A stretch of 64,000 nucleotides of DNA from a virus. Taxonomy: Duplodnaviria > Caudoviricetes. The notes beneath the pieces were generated by a model. The model was not told the DNA's origin and did no database searches. It saw nothing but the letters and a program-made list of their open reading frames with translations. The position numbers were made by a program, and so were the translations under genes. Below are positions 29,718-38,075 of the stretch, piece after piece. The stretch is from positions 1 through 64,000 of IMG/VR virus record IMGVR_UViG_3300028887_000070; one strand, given 5' to 3'. Position 1 is the stretch's first letter. Each line of letters starts with the position of its first letter.

Positions 29718-30845
29718 TTAAGTTGTCGGTGCTGTACCGATTACGAAGCCCTGTAGTTCGAGCCAATCTTTGTCTGTCATCTGTGTTCTGTTTGTTGGTA
29801 TCTTGAACGCGCTAGCTGTACCTTGATATTCTGTGTTCCAACCAACAGTAGAGAATCCGCTTTCATAATCGTAGTATGTGATTGTAACTTCTGAAGAGTT
29901 ACGTGTACGGACTATGAGCCAATAATTGTAATTGAAGTAGTTTGTCTTTGTACTTTTTAGTTTAAAGTCTATAACATTGAGAGAACCACCTTGGTTATGA
30001 TATAGATATGCATAAGCAGTAGCCGAATCAGCTTCTGCATTTTCTAGTATGAGTCTTCCTGTCATCTTGCAGAAGTAGAAGTAACCAAAGAATATGTTGT
30101 ACTTAGCAGAATCACTAGTACCGCTACCACCATTAGAGGTAGTACTCTTTATCTTACCTTCTACATTGAAGATACAGTTGTTGAATTCAACTTTACCAGT
30201 ATAACCACCAGAACCGCCATTATATTGAACAGTCTTATACATATTGATAAACTTGAAGTTGAATGAGCATGCTGTGAATACATTCCATCCACTGTATGAA
30301 GTATTAGTACAGATACATCCAGCTGAACTGCCACTGGAAGTAGCATAAGGATCAACTATACTATTGTCACTCACTCCAGAGAACTTGCATCCAGTTACAG
30401 TAACTCTACTACCATTAGCATTTGGATTGAATAAGTATACACAACCATGACAGTAGATGTTTTGAAAGTTAAGATTCTTTATTATTGTATTGGTACCTCT
30501 GTTAGAATTGCCGTTAGAGCCAGGAGATCCAGTATTGTTACGAAACAAGTAAGAGTTTCTCAAGCTAAGACCAAGAATAGTCCATCCGTTACCTTCTATA
30601 TCTTTTATAGATGGAAGGACAATGATGCTGTTATTATCTCTTCGATCAACATACCAATCATGATGACGCATATCTATAACACGTTCTTCAACAGGGATCA
30701 GATTACCGTTCTGATCGTGTGTAGGGAATACTATATAGGTTATAGCACTACTAGGAGTAGACTCATAGTTGCACTTTTCGACAAAGCTATCCCAATCTGT
30801 TACTTTCCATGGATCTGCTGCAGTGCCACTTCCCCATACTGCCAT
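29718..30845 (-). CDS. Beta-helix adhesin/receptor-binding-like protein, paralogue 1
   Basis: GSGTAADPWKV and EGNGWTILGL resemble the cap motifs of GLUG-type beta-helix proteins. Confidence 0.65.
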   Translation of the reverse strand: MAVWGSGTAADPWKVTDWDSFVEKCNYESTPSSAITYIVFPTHDQNGNLIPVEERVIDMRHHDWYVDRRDNNSIIVLPSIKDIEGNGWTILGLSLRNSYLFRNNTGSPGSNGNSNRGTNTIIKNLNFQNIYCHGCVYLFNPNANGSRVTVTGCKFSGVSDNSIVDPYATSSGSSAGCICTNTSYSGWNVFTACSFNFKFINMYKTVQYNGGSGGYTGKVEFNNCIFNVEGKIKSTTSNGGSGTSDSAKYNIFFGYFYFCKMTGRLILENAEADSATAYAYLYHNQGGSLNVIDFKLKSTKTNYFNYNYWLIVRTRNSSEVTITYYDYESGFSTVGWNTEYQGTASAFKIPTNRTQMTDKDWLELQGFVIGTAPTT

Positions 30846-30862
30846 AAGCTATCTCTCCTTTC

Positions 30863-31735
30863 TTACACCACTATCACAGGCTCAGGTAGCGGGACGCTAT
30901 ACTGACCGACTGAATAGGGTGTTTTGTATCTTAGTATAACTACCTTCTCACCTGGAGAAGTATTGTCGAACTGCACTACTGTAAAGTAGTCATTGTTTGC
31001 TTCATATGCATAACTGCCATAATCCTTGCCCATAACAGTCATATCCAATGTCACCAGTACCTTCATACCAGTAACATCAAAGTCTTCTCCCACATTGTAT
31101 GTAGTCTTCGTCGGCATTTGAGTAACTCTTGTACCCAATGGCCAATCCTTTACAACACACTCCTCTGGGAAGGAAGTATCATATCTCTTACACTCTGGAT
31201 TCAGATACACCTCCAGCATTGAAGGGGTATCTTTGAATGCCCATTTTCCTACCTCCATTACAGAGGGGAAGATGATAGCTTTGTTTACAACTTGGTTATT
31301 CATATATGATCCATACTCAGCTAGCTCAGGGAAAGCGGCATGAGTCAAAGAGCCATCTTTGATGTACCATATACCGTTTACCTCGAGATCTACCTGAGGA
31401 ATACCATGGTTGGTGAGTTCCTTAGTAACTTCTCCAGTAACTGGATCGACAGTTTCTTTTATATACCAGTAGCCAGGCTTATCGATATCAGAAGTATCAA
31501 GAGACGGGATCATTGGATGATCAAGTTCCTTAACTGTCTCATGAGTTTCTGGATCTTCAGTCTCTTTAATATACCATAGAACGGTGCTACCGAGAAGAGG
31601 ATCATCTGCTGGTTCAAAGTTGTAGATGTTTACCAATTCACCGTCTACGACGTACCAATGCGGAAAGCTTGTATCACTCTCGTGTTGCCTAGTAGGGTCT
31701 ACTATATCAAGTATCTCTTGTGGAGTCAACGACAT
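30863..31735 (-). CDS. Virion protein with internal WYIK repeats and C-terminal bacterial Ig-like domain
   Basis: WYIKETxDPxTxExxKEL twice; PTKTTYNVGEDFDVTGMKV Ig-like motif. Confidence 0.65.
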   Translation of the reverse strand: MSLTPQEILDIVDPTRQHESDTSFPHWYVVDGELVNIYNFEPADDPLLGSTVLWYIKETEDPETHETVKELDHPMIPSLDTSDIDKPGYWYIKETVDPVTGEVTKELTNHGIPQVDLEVNGIWYIKDGSLTHAAFPELAEYGSYMNNQVVNKAIIFPSVMEVGKWAFKDTPSMLEVYLNPECKRYDTSFPEECVVKDWPLGTRVTQMPTKTTYNVGEDFDVTGMKVLVTLDMTVMGKDYGSYAYEANNDYFTVVQFDNTSPGEKVVILRYKTPYSVGQYSVPLPEPVIVV

Positions 31736-31759
31736 GTGTACTCTCCTCCTTTCTTAGAT

Positions 31760-31771
31760 TATAGAAATGTT
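31760..31771 (-). promoter_or_regulatory. Late promoter
   Basis: AACA-TTTCTA-TA. Confidence 0.7.
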
Positions 31772-31792
31772 CAGGTGGTCAAATAGTGGTGA

Positions 31793-31804
31793 AACATCTG
31801 AGTA
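31793..31804 (+). promoter_or_regulatory. Late promoter
   Basis: AACA-TCTGAG-TA. Confidence 0.7.
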
Positions 31805-31834
31805 ATATATAACACCCGAAAGGAGAGTGGGCCT

Positions 31835-32617
31835 ATGCCTATGAATAAGATGAGACTTCTTCTTGATAAGATAGAGAGAAGACTTGGTACTAAACCTCTC
31901 AATCTACCAAAGGGAGAAGGAATCGACAAGGACTCTTGGGCAGAGGAGATCATCAAACCAGACACACTGGTAACGTTCTCTAGATTCTTCCCTCATGAAG
32001 TCCGTATCATGATAAATGCTAGACCTGAAAACAAGAGGAACGGCTACTATATGATCGATAGCTCATTAGTAGGAGGAGTAGAGATCCTTGGAGTAAAGGA
32101 TATAGCATGGGATGTCTACGGAAACGATGGACTCGTCCAGCAGTCTGGTATTGGTATGTACGACTATCTCGGAGCATACAATAACTACAGCATGGATGAC
32201 GTTATGCTGCTGCAGGCTAGAGCAGATATGACATCTGTATTCAACAACAGTATCTTCGTGGAGTTCAAAGAGCCTAACATGGTTAAGCTGTGCTCTGTAA
32301 CGAATGGCGATATCACTGGAGGTCTGAAGGACATTCCTATAGACATCTTCGTTCCTCATCCAGACAATCTGATGACTATATCTCCTACAATGATGGAGAC
32401 ATTCGAGAGACTGGCTATAGACGATGTAGCTACAACACTGGTAGCCTTCTTAAACAACTACTCAGATCTTGAGACAGTGTTTGCTACAGTAGATATCAAC
32501 AAGGTTATGAGTAGACTTGAACAGTTTGCTGCAGATAGAGATGACTGTGTAAGGTATCTTGATGAGACTCATGTCTCTGCAGCAAACACTAACCAGCCTC
32601 TGCTGTACTGTGTATAA
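31835..32617 (+). CDS. Probable neck/head-tail adaptor protein
   Basis: LLDKIERRLG..PLNL N-terminus resembles T4 gp13; late promoter. Confidence 0.4.
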   Translation: MPMNKMRLLLDKIERRLGTKPLNLPKGEGIDKDSWAEEIIKPDTLVTFSRFFPHEVRIMINARPENKRNGYYMIDSSLVGGVEILGVKDIAWDVYGNDGLVQQSGIGMYDYLGAYNNYSMDDVMLLQARADMTSVFNNSIFVEFKEPNMVKLCSVTNGDITGGLKDIPIDIFVPHPDNLMTISPTMMETFERLAIDDVATTLVAFLNNYSDLETVFATVDINKVMSRLEQFAADRDDCVRYLDETHVSAANTNQPLLYCV

Positions 32618-32657
32618 CAAAAAAGAAAGAATGTAGTGAAGAGAAGAATGCAGGGAC

Positions 32658-33128
32658 TCAGATGAGTCCCTGCTGCTTTGCTAGTTCTAAAGTTTCATAC
32701 ACAACCATCTCTCCGATATGCTGTGCTTCCGACATCATTCCGAAAAGCATATCAGAAATAGGTGTTCCACCAATTTCACGAAGACAATAGTCGTCTGCGT
32801 AGAAATGGTAATGCTGGATTGTATTGAAACGAATTGTGTCAGTACTCTTTGTAGAGTTGAGCAGAGTGAACTCTACCCATTCGTTCTCTACTTCGATAGC
32901 AGCATAGTAGCTGCCATCTTCTGAAGTAAAGATAGCTACTCTTGACGTTGTATCATCCATACACTTTACACTATATACACGGATACGGATGCTGCTATCA
33001 TCGCTATAAACATATGAGTCTACATAGTCTGTTAACTCATTAGCATATGTAAGCACGTTGAGTGTAGTGTCGATAACCTTCTGTGTTTCAACTCTAAGAA
33101 TTGGAAGGTTTGTTGTTGTTTCTCTCAT
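32658..33128 (-). CDS. Hypothetical protein
   Basis: SD GAAAGGAGA; lies downstream of a structured leader and terminator. Confidence 0.7.
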   Translation of the reverse strand: MRETTTNLPILRVETQKVIDTTLNVLTYANELTDYVDSYVYSDDSSIRIRVYSVKCMDDTTSRVAIFTSEDGSYYAAIEVENEWVEFTLLNSTKSTDTIRFNTIQHYHFYADDYCLREIGGTPISDMLFGMMSEAQHIGEMVVYETLELAKQQGLI

Positions 33129-33155
33129 AACCATTCTCCTTTCAGCTGGTTAGAT

Positions 33156-33385
33156 AAAAATGATGACGGAGAACCCTGACACTCTCCGTCGCTTTTCAAT
33201 TAGTCTCCTAACGTACTACCTACTATCAGGATCATAGGTAGCAGGCTTTGCTCGTTAGGAGCACCTATAGCGCTCGAGTAATGACCCTTCCGAGAGCCAC
33301 TCAGATCATTACCCGCTCGCACTCTAAATATGATTCAATTATTCGCTCAACTCTTAGTACAGAGAGAACTTTAATCTTCTCACAC
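33156..33385 (-). ncRNA. Candidate structured ncRNA or attenuating leader
   Basis: Early promoter at 33390-33399; several long stems; terminator at 33156-33190. Confidence 0.5.
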
Positions 33386-33389
33386 CACT

Positions 33390-33399
33390 ATAGTATACA
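33390..33399 (-). promoter_or_regulatory. Early promoter
   Basis: TGTATACTAT. Confidence 0.6.
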
Positions 33400-33482
33400 G
33401 TTGTTCATGGATACTTTTACATATGTACATCTCTACCCAAACACCAACGATACAGTAATCAAAGATGAAAGGAGCGTGCCAT

Positions 33483-34292
33483 ATGCCGCAAGATCTCTTT
33501 CGCAACTCTCAAATCTGTTCAATGGTAGCAGAAGGTGAAGTTGCCAATATCTTATCGCATTTCGATTCCGATTATGTGATGACTGTAATACGTGATCACC
33601 TGGTTAATAGGTTCACCTATTCTAGTGCCGTGATGACAAAGCCAAACATAGTTGTATCATACAATATGACCTTCAGAAACCTTGAGCAAACTTATCCTCT
33701 CGATGTACAGAACATACGAGAGGTTGAGCAGGCCTCGTATCAGGAGATCATAGATACAATCTGCCAGTTCTATGGATTTCAGTTCATTCCTCCAGCAGAG
33801 GATACAAACCTGTCTACTATAGCACTCTACATGTATGAATGTTTTGTCTCTAAGTTTGACTTCTTTGTTTCTCAGTTCTATGCAAACTTTATCATGCTCA
33901 ACAAGGATGCTCTATGGGATGCACTCGAACTGGTTAACTACAAGAAAGACAAGGACGTTACTACAGTCTATGGTAAGAAAGCATACGATGACGTTAAGAT
34001 GGCTATCATCTGTGCGAAGATGAATGAAGTCCTTTACTACCTTAAGGGACTTGACATTGATCTTCCTACATTCCTTCAGACATGCTATCCTATAGAGTAT
34101 GCTCAACTCTTAGCAGATCATGTAAAGGGAGAGAACTTCTATGCAATGTTTGTAGCGAGTGCTATAGACATTCCTTCTGTTGTAACAGACATCAAACTCA
34201 AGATACACAATACGTTGTGTACTCAGAATGATATCTCTATACTCGTTCCTCAGCCAGAAGAGAATGGAGATACTGCAAGTAAGGAGGAATAA
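33483..34292 (+). CDS. Hypothetical late protein
   Basis: SD GAAAGGAG; AACG-N6-TA promoter. Confidence 0.75.
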   Translation: MPQDLFRNSQICSMVAEGEVANILSHFDSDYVMTVIRDHLVNRFTYSSAVMTKPNIVVSYNMTFRNLEQTYPLDVQNIREVEQASYQEIIDTICQFYGFQFIPPAEDTNLSTIALYMYECFVSKFDFFVSQFYANFIMLNKDALWDALELVNYKKDKDVTTVYGKKAYDDVKMAIICAKMNEVLYYLKGLDIDLPTFLQTCYPIEYAQLLADHVKGENFYAMFVASAIDIPSVVTDIKLKIHNTLCTQNDISILVPQPEENGDTASKEE

Positions 34293-34294
34293 CA

Positions 34295-35980
34295 ATGCCT
34301 ACTAGCAAGAGAGGTTATGAAATAGACTTATCTCATGAAGGTGCATACACTACTGGAGATAAGACTATATACGATGGTGCTGACCATACTGCTGAAGTGG
34401 ATCTGATCATCGGAGCCCTTGATGAACAGAGGAAACAGAATGTCGATAACCAGGCACTGGATCCTATCATCGGAAAAGCTCCAGAGATGAGAGGAAGATA
34501 TGATGGTTTTGCAGCTAATGTGAACCCGTTAGAAGCTGAGAGAATCACTGAAATGGATGAGATGGGAGCTCTCACTAGTGGAATAGTGAAGGGACTTCTC
34601 AGAAACCCAGACGGTATGTCCATAGAGGATCTCGACTACTTCACAAGAATACAGAAAGCAAATGCACAATACGATAAGGAGGACATGGCAATGGCCGAAA
34701 TGGAACAGAACATCCAGAACCAGATCAATGCTCAGGGATATGATACTATGGAGGGCTATATGGAAGCCAGCATAATGGCTGACCTTGGCAAAGTAGAATC
34801 AAGAATCCGTGATGCTGAAGATCCTAACGCAGCAATAGTTGAACCAGACGTAGAGGAGGTAAAGGAGGAAGAGTCCGAAGTGTTTCCTGCAGAAGCAGTC
34901 AACGCTGAAGCTACTGAGTATACTCCTGAAGTCGACACTGTTGAGAGTCTTGGCGAAGCTGTTCAGATGAATGATGATATGGAACCTGTAAAGGTTGCTG
35001 AAGAACAGAGCGCTCCTATAACAGATGAAGAGCTCGAGGACGTTCCCGTATCTACACTCGAAGTTACAGATGAACAGGTTCTTACAAACATGCATAATAT
35101 TGTCGGCGATGCGATCTCGGACAATGATGCTATGGCTCTTGTAGACATTATGAGACGTTATAAGTCAGGAGAGAAGTTCTCTGTATTCAATGCACTTCCT
35201 GAGACTATCAAGCTGCAGATCCGTAAGGCTGCTTCTGAGACTGGTGAAACACCCAGACATGCAATACTCGAGTTCTTCGCCAAGAACCTTATCAATGATA
35301 TCATCTCTGATGCTTTCATGAGCACTGAGATCAATAACTTCCAGGAAGAGTTAAACACATATGCTAAAGCTGCAGGTAATGTAACTGGTGTTATCGTTGA
35401 CTCTTATACTGATGAAGTAAAGGAGAAGTTCGAGACTGGTCTTCTTGAGACTGCTGACAAGATTCAGGAGTCTAATCCTGAGAAAGCAGAAGAGCTCAGA
35501 GAGATCGCTAAGTACTTTTGTTACACTCACACACTCGAACTCATCAAGAAGCACATCGAGAATGGTGGAGACACCTATCTTAACCGCTGCTATAAGAAGT
35601 CTCGTAAGATCAAGCAGTACACAGCATCCTTCAATGCTTACTATGAAGGTACTGTACCGAAGATCAGAGACATCGAATCACTCGCTATTCCATTCCGTCA
35701 GTTAATGGTGGATGAAGAGGTAGCCGAGACACTCGTAGTAATGCTTGGTGATTCTTGCTACGAACAGCCTAAGGGCTCGCTCGTAGGAAATGTCTATGCA
35801 TTCTATCTTCTCACTGGTGTAATGAATATCGCTATGTCTGCTGATACTAGTGATACTATCCGTGAGATCAGAAACAACATCGCTATCCTCGTATCAGAAG
35901 TCCGTCAGTTCCTCAACAGAAGAATGAAAGACTCCAAGTACGGTGGCAAAAAGAAGAAGGGTAAGAAGGGGAAGCGTTAA
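34295..35980 (+). CDS. Hypothetical acidic late protein with basic C-terminal tail
   Basis: SD AAGGAGG; ends GGKKKKGKKGKR. Confidence 0.75.
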   Translation: MPTSKRGYEIDLSHEGAYTTGDKTIYDGADHTAEVDLIIGALDEQRKQNVDNQALDPIIGKAPEMRGRYDGFAANVNPLEAERITEMDEMGALTSGIVKGLLRNPDGMSIEDLDYFTRIQKANAQYDKEDMAMAEMEQNIQNQINAQGYDTMEGYMEASIMADLGKVESRIRDAEDPNAAIVEPDVEEVKEEESEVFPAEAVNAEATEYTPEVDTVESLGEAVQMNDDMEPVKVAEEQSAPITDEELEDVPVSTLEVTDEQVLTNMHNIVGDAISDNDAMALVDIMRRYKSGEKFSVFNALPETIKLQIRKAASETGETPRHAILEFFAKNLINDIISDAFMSTEINNFQEELNTYAKAAGNVTGVIVDSYTDEVKEKFETGLLETADKIQESNPEKAEELREIAKYFCYTHTLELIKKHIENGGDTYLNRCYKKSRKIKQYTASFNAYYEGTVPKIRDIESLAIPFRQLMVDEEVAETLVVMLGDSCYEQPKGSLVGNVYAFYLLTGVMNIAMSADTSDTIREIRNNIAILVSEVRQFLNRRMKDSKYGGKKKKGKKGKR

Positions 35981-36028
35981 TCGCTTCCCTGAACTATCCT
36001 ATAAACTAAGAATAGGAGGTTCACTCTA

Positions 36029-36451
36029 ATGGTAAACGAAAAAGGAAGCTTAACTTTTCTGAAGACTGATGCTCAGTGCTTCTTTCAGCTTCAGTTAACA
36101 GTATGGAACCAGACAACTAATGGAGCTAAAGGAACTATCTTCCAGATAAGCTCTAACAATGAATATCAGATCGATGTCATCAGTGACGAGGCACCTGGTC
36201 TGAAGACTTACAACTGTAGAATCGTAGGATTCACCATGAGAAATCGTCCCGACTATAAGGGCTTTGTTAACTACGATAAGGAGACTAATCAGGCTAAGCT
36301 TGCAGAAGTAGACACTATCAAGATAGACTACTCTGAAGACGGTAAGGCTGGTGTTACTAGTATTAACGTATGTGATATCCGTGATATCAGACTGACTTAT
36401 GCACCTGGTCAGGACTTCGAGGTTATAAGAGATATCAAAGACTTTAAGTAA
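36029..36451 (+). CDS. Small virion-associated protein (paralogue of 25306-25638)
   Basis: DTIKIDYSEDG...INVCDIRDI. Confidence 0.65.
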   Translation: MVNEKGSLTFLKTDAQCFFQLQLTVWNQTTNGAKGTIFQISSNNEYQIDVISDEAPGLKTYNCRIVGFTMRNRPDYKGFVNYDKETNQAKLAEVDTIKIDYSEDGKAGVTSINVCDIRDIRLTYAPGQDFEVIRDIKDFK

Positions 36452-36464
36452 GGGGTGATATGAG

Positions 36465-37028
36465 ATGGCCAAATTCTATGAAGAGGATGGCTCCATTACA
36501 TCAACGGACAGAGTCCTTGATGAATACCATAAGAAGAAGGGCACACGAATGGAACAACTTTCTAATGATTATCTTGGAGCTACTCTTGAGGAAGCTTCCA
36601 AAGATACAGTCTCTTGGAATAAGGTGATATCTGGAACCAAGAGAAATAGTGATGGTACTCCTGATATGGGAGACATATCAGATGGCTATCATACATTCAA
36701 TGAGCTGTATGAGCATAGAAGTATACTCTTCTGCGCTCTCTGTGCAGCACTCAACTGGCATAATGAACAGTTCGATTATGAAGGACTTGATGTGGACACG
36801 GAAGTATGGTACTCCACCAAACATGATGACGGTACTATGTTTCCAGGTATGTTCATCGCTGGTATAACAAGTAAAGAGTATGGAAGTGTTACTTATCACT
36901 TTGATGAGAAGTATCTTCCGCTCTTCCGCAATGCTGGTATATCTTACAAGGAGAATGCTCCTAAGTGGGATGGCCATACACCAGAACAGGGACTTGAAGT
37001 TCTGAAGTGTCTGTTCTGTGACAGATAA
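36465..37028 (+). CDS. WDGH-motif conserved phage protein
   Basis: ISDGYHTFNELYEHR, HDDG.MF.GMFI.G, TYH and APKWDGHT. Confidence 0.7.
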   Translation: MAKFYEEDGSITSTDRVLDEYHKKKGTRMEQLSNDYLGATLEEASKDTVSWNKVISGTKRNSDGTPDMGDISDGYHTFNELYEHRSILFCALCAALNWHNEQFDYEGLDVDTEVWYSTKHDDGTMFPGMFIAGITSKEYGSVTYHFDEKYLPLFRNAGISYKENAPKWDGHTPEQGLEVLKCLFCDR

Positions 37029-37052
37029 CAAACTAAGAAAGAGGTAAACACC

Positions 37053-37913
37053 ATGAACAAGAACAACATTTCACCCACAGGCATCATGGCGACATTCGCC
37101 AACATTGTTTCCTATCTCATAGGAGCATACAACAAAGACAACGAGTTCGACGTTAAGAAGGACTTCGTTGACCAGGTTAAGGGATACAAGAGCTTTCTTG
37201 CAGACCAGAACTGGAATGCTACTACTCTTACTGCTGAAGAGATCACTGCATTCGGTGGTCTTAGAATAGCACCAGAGGAAGATCTCTTCTTCATTCCTCC
37301 TTGGCTTATAGAGTTCCTCCCTGAGGATTTTGAGTTGATCTCAATCAACCCTGATCCTAATGAAGAGAACGATTCAGTTAAGGCAGGAGAGATAGACAGG
37401 GAAAAGCTCTGGAGCGTGGATACGAACGACTACGGTGTCACCAAGTATGCTATTCAGGCAGTCTCAGAGTCCAACTTTAAGTCAAATAAGGGACTTATGT
37501 TTTCTGAAGCTCTTAAGCTGATCACTGATCCTAACAAGAATGGTATGATCATGAGACTTCCTAACTGGCAGCCAGATGTCTTCATCAAGACTCAGTGGCC
37601 TGATGAGCACAGCAAGATGACTCATCCTTACCTCTACGTAACCAGCAGATTCGGCTGTGTTCCGTGGAAGGAAACTGTGCCTGAGATGTTCAACTGCACT
37701 TGGGAAGTATATCAGGAGGATTACTACAATGAGTTAGTTGAAGAGATGAAGAAGCAGAAGGAAGCACTCTTCCAGAAGGCTGTACAGCAGAACATGACTG
37801 CTAACGGTGGTAAGGGTGTAAACGTAGAGCAGATCGGAAAGGATCTTCTTGAGGGACTCATGCAGAAGCCTGAAGAGCCTGCTAAAGAGAACCTTGAGGA
37901 AGTAGAGAAATGA
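37053..37913 (+). CDS. Multidomain protein with Tad2/DUF2829-like (nucleotide-signal sponge) domain
   Basis: FSEALKL...MRLPNW...FI...PYLYV...VPW.ET..EMF...WEV pattern. Confidence 0.6.
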   Translation: MNKNNISPTGIMATFANIVSYLIGAYNKDNEFDVKKDFVDQVKGYKSFLADQNWNATTLTAEEITAFGGLRIAPEEDLFFIPPWLIEFLPEDFELISINPDPNEENDSVKAGEIDREKLWSVDTNDYGVTKYAIQAVSESNFKSNKGLMFSEALKLITDPNKNGMIMRLPNWQPDVFIKTQWPDEHSKMTHPYLYVTSRFGCVPWKETVPEMFNCTWEVYQEDYYNELVEEMKKQKEALFQKAVQQNMTANGGKGVNVEQIGKDLLEGLMQKPEEPAKENLEEVEK

Positions 37914-38075
37914 ATAGCTGAACTGGAGTCAGGATTCGCTAAGCAAGAGAGTATCGTGACCAACCAGTTTGAAGAAGACTTCTTCTATCCAAGCTTCGAT
38001 AGTGAGATCACTACACGGTTCATCTGACAAAAAACAAACGGGAGGGCGCATAAGCGTCCTCCCTATCTGTTGTGT

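Noticed and set aside
26452-30845. Diversity-generating retroelement acting on the paralogue array
   Set aside because: No reverse transcriptase in the window; the shared repeats are N-terminal and their differences are synonymous-type rather than adenine-specific.
33205-33262. c-di-GMP-I riboswitch resemblance (GCAAAGCC...CCUA...UAGGUAG on the minus strand)
   Set aside because: The upstream GCAAAC stem with GNRA loop and the tetraloop receptor are missing.
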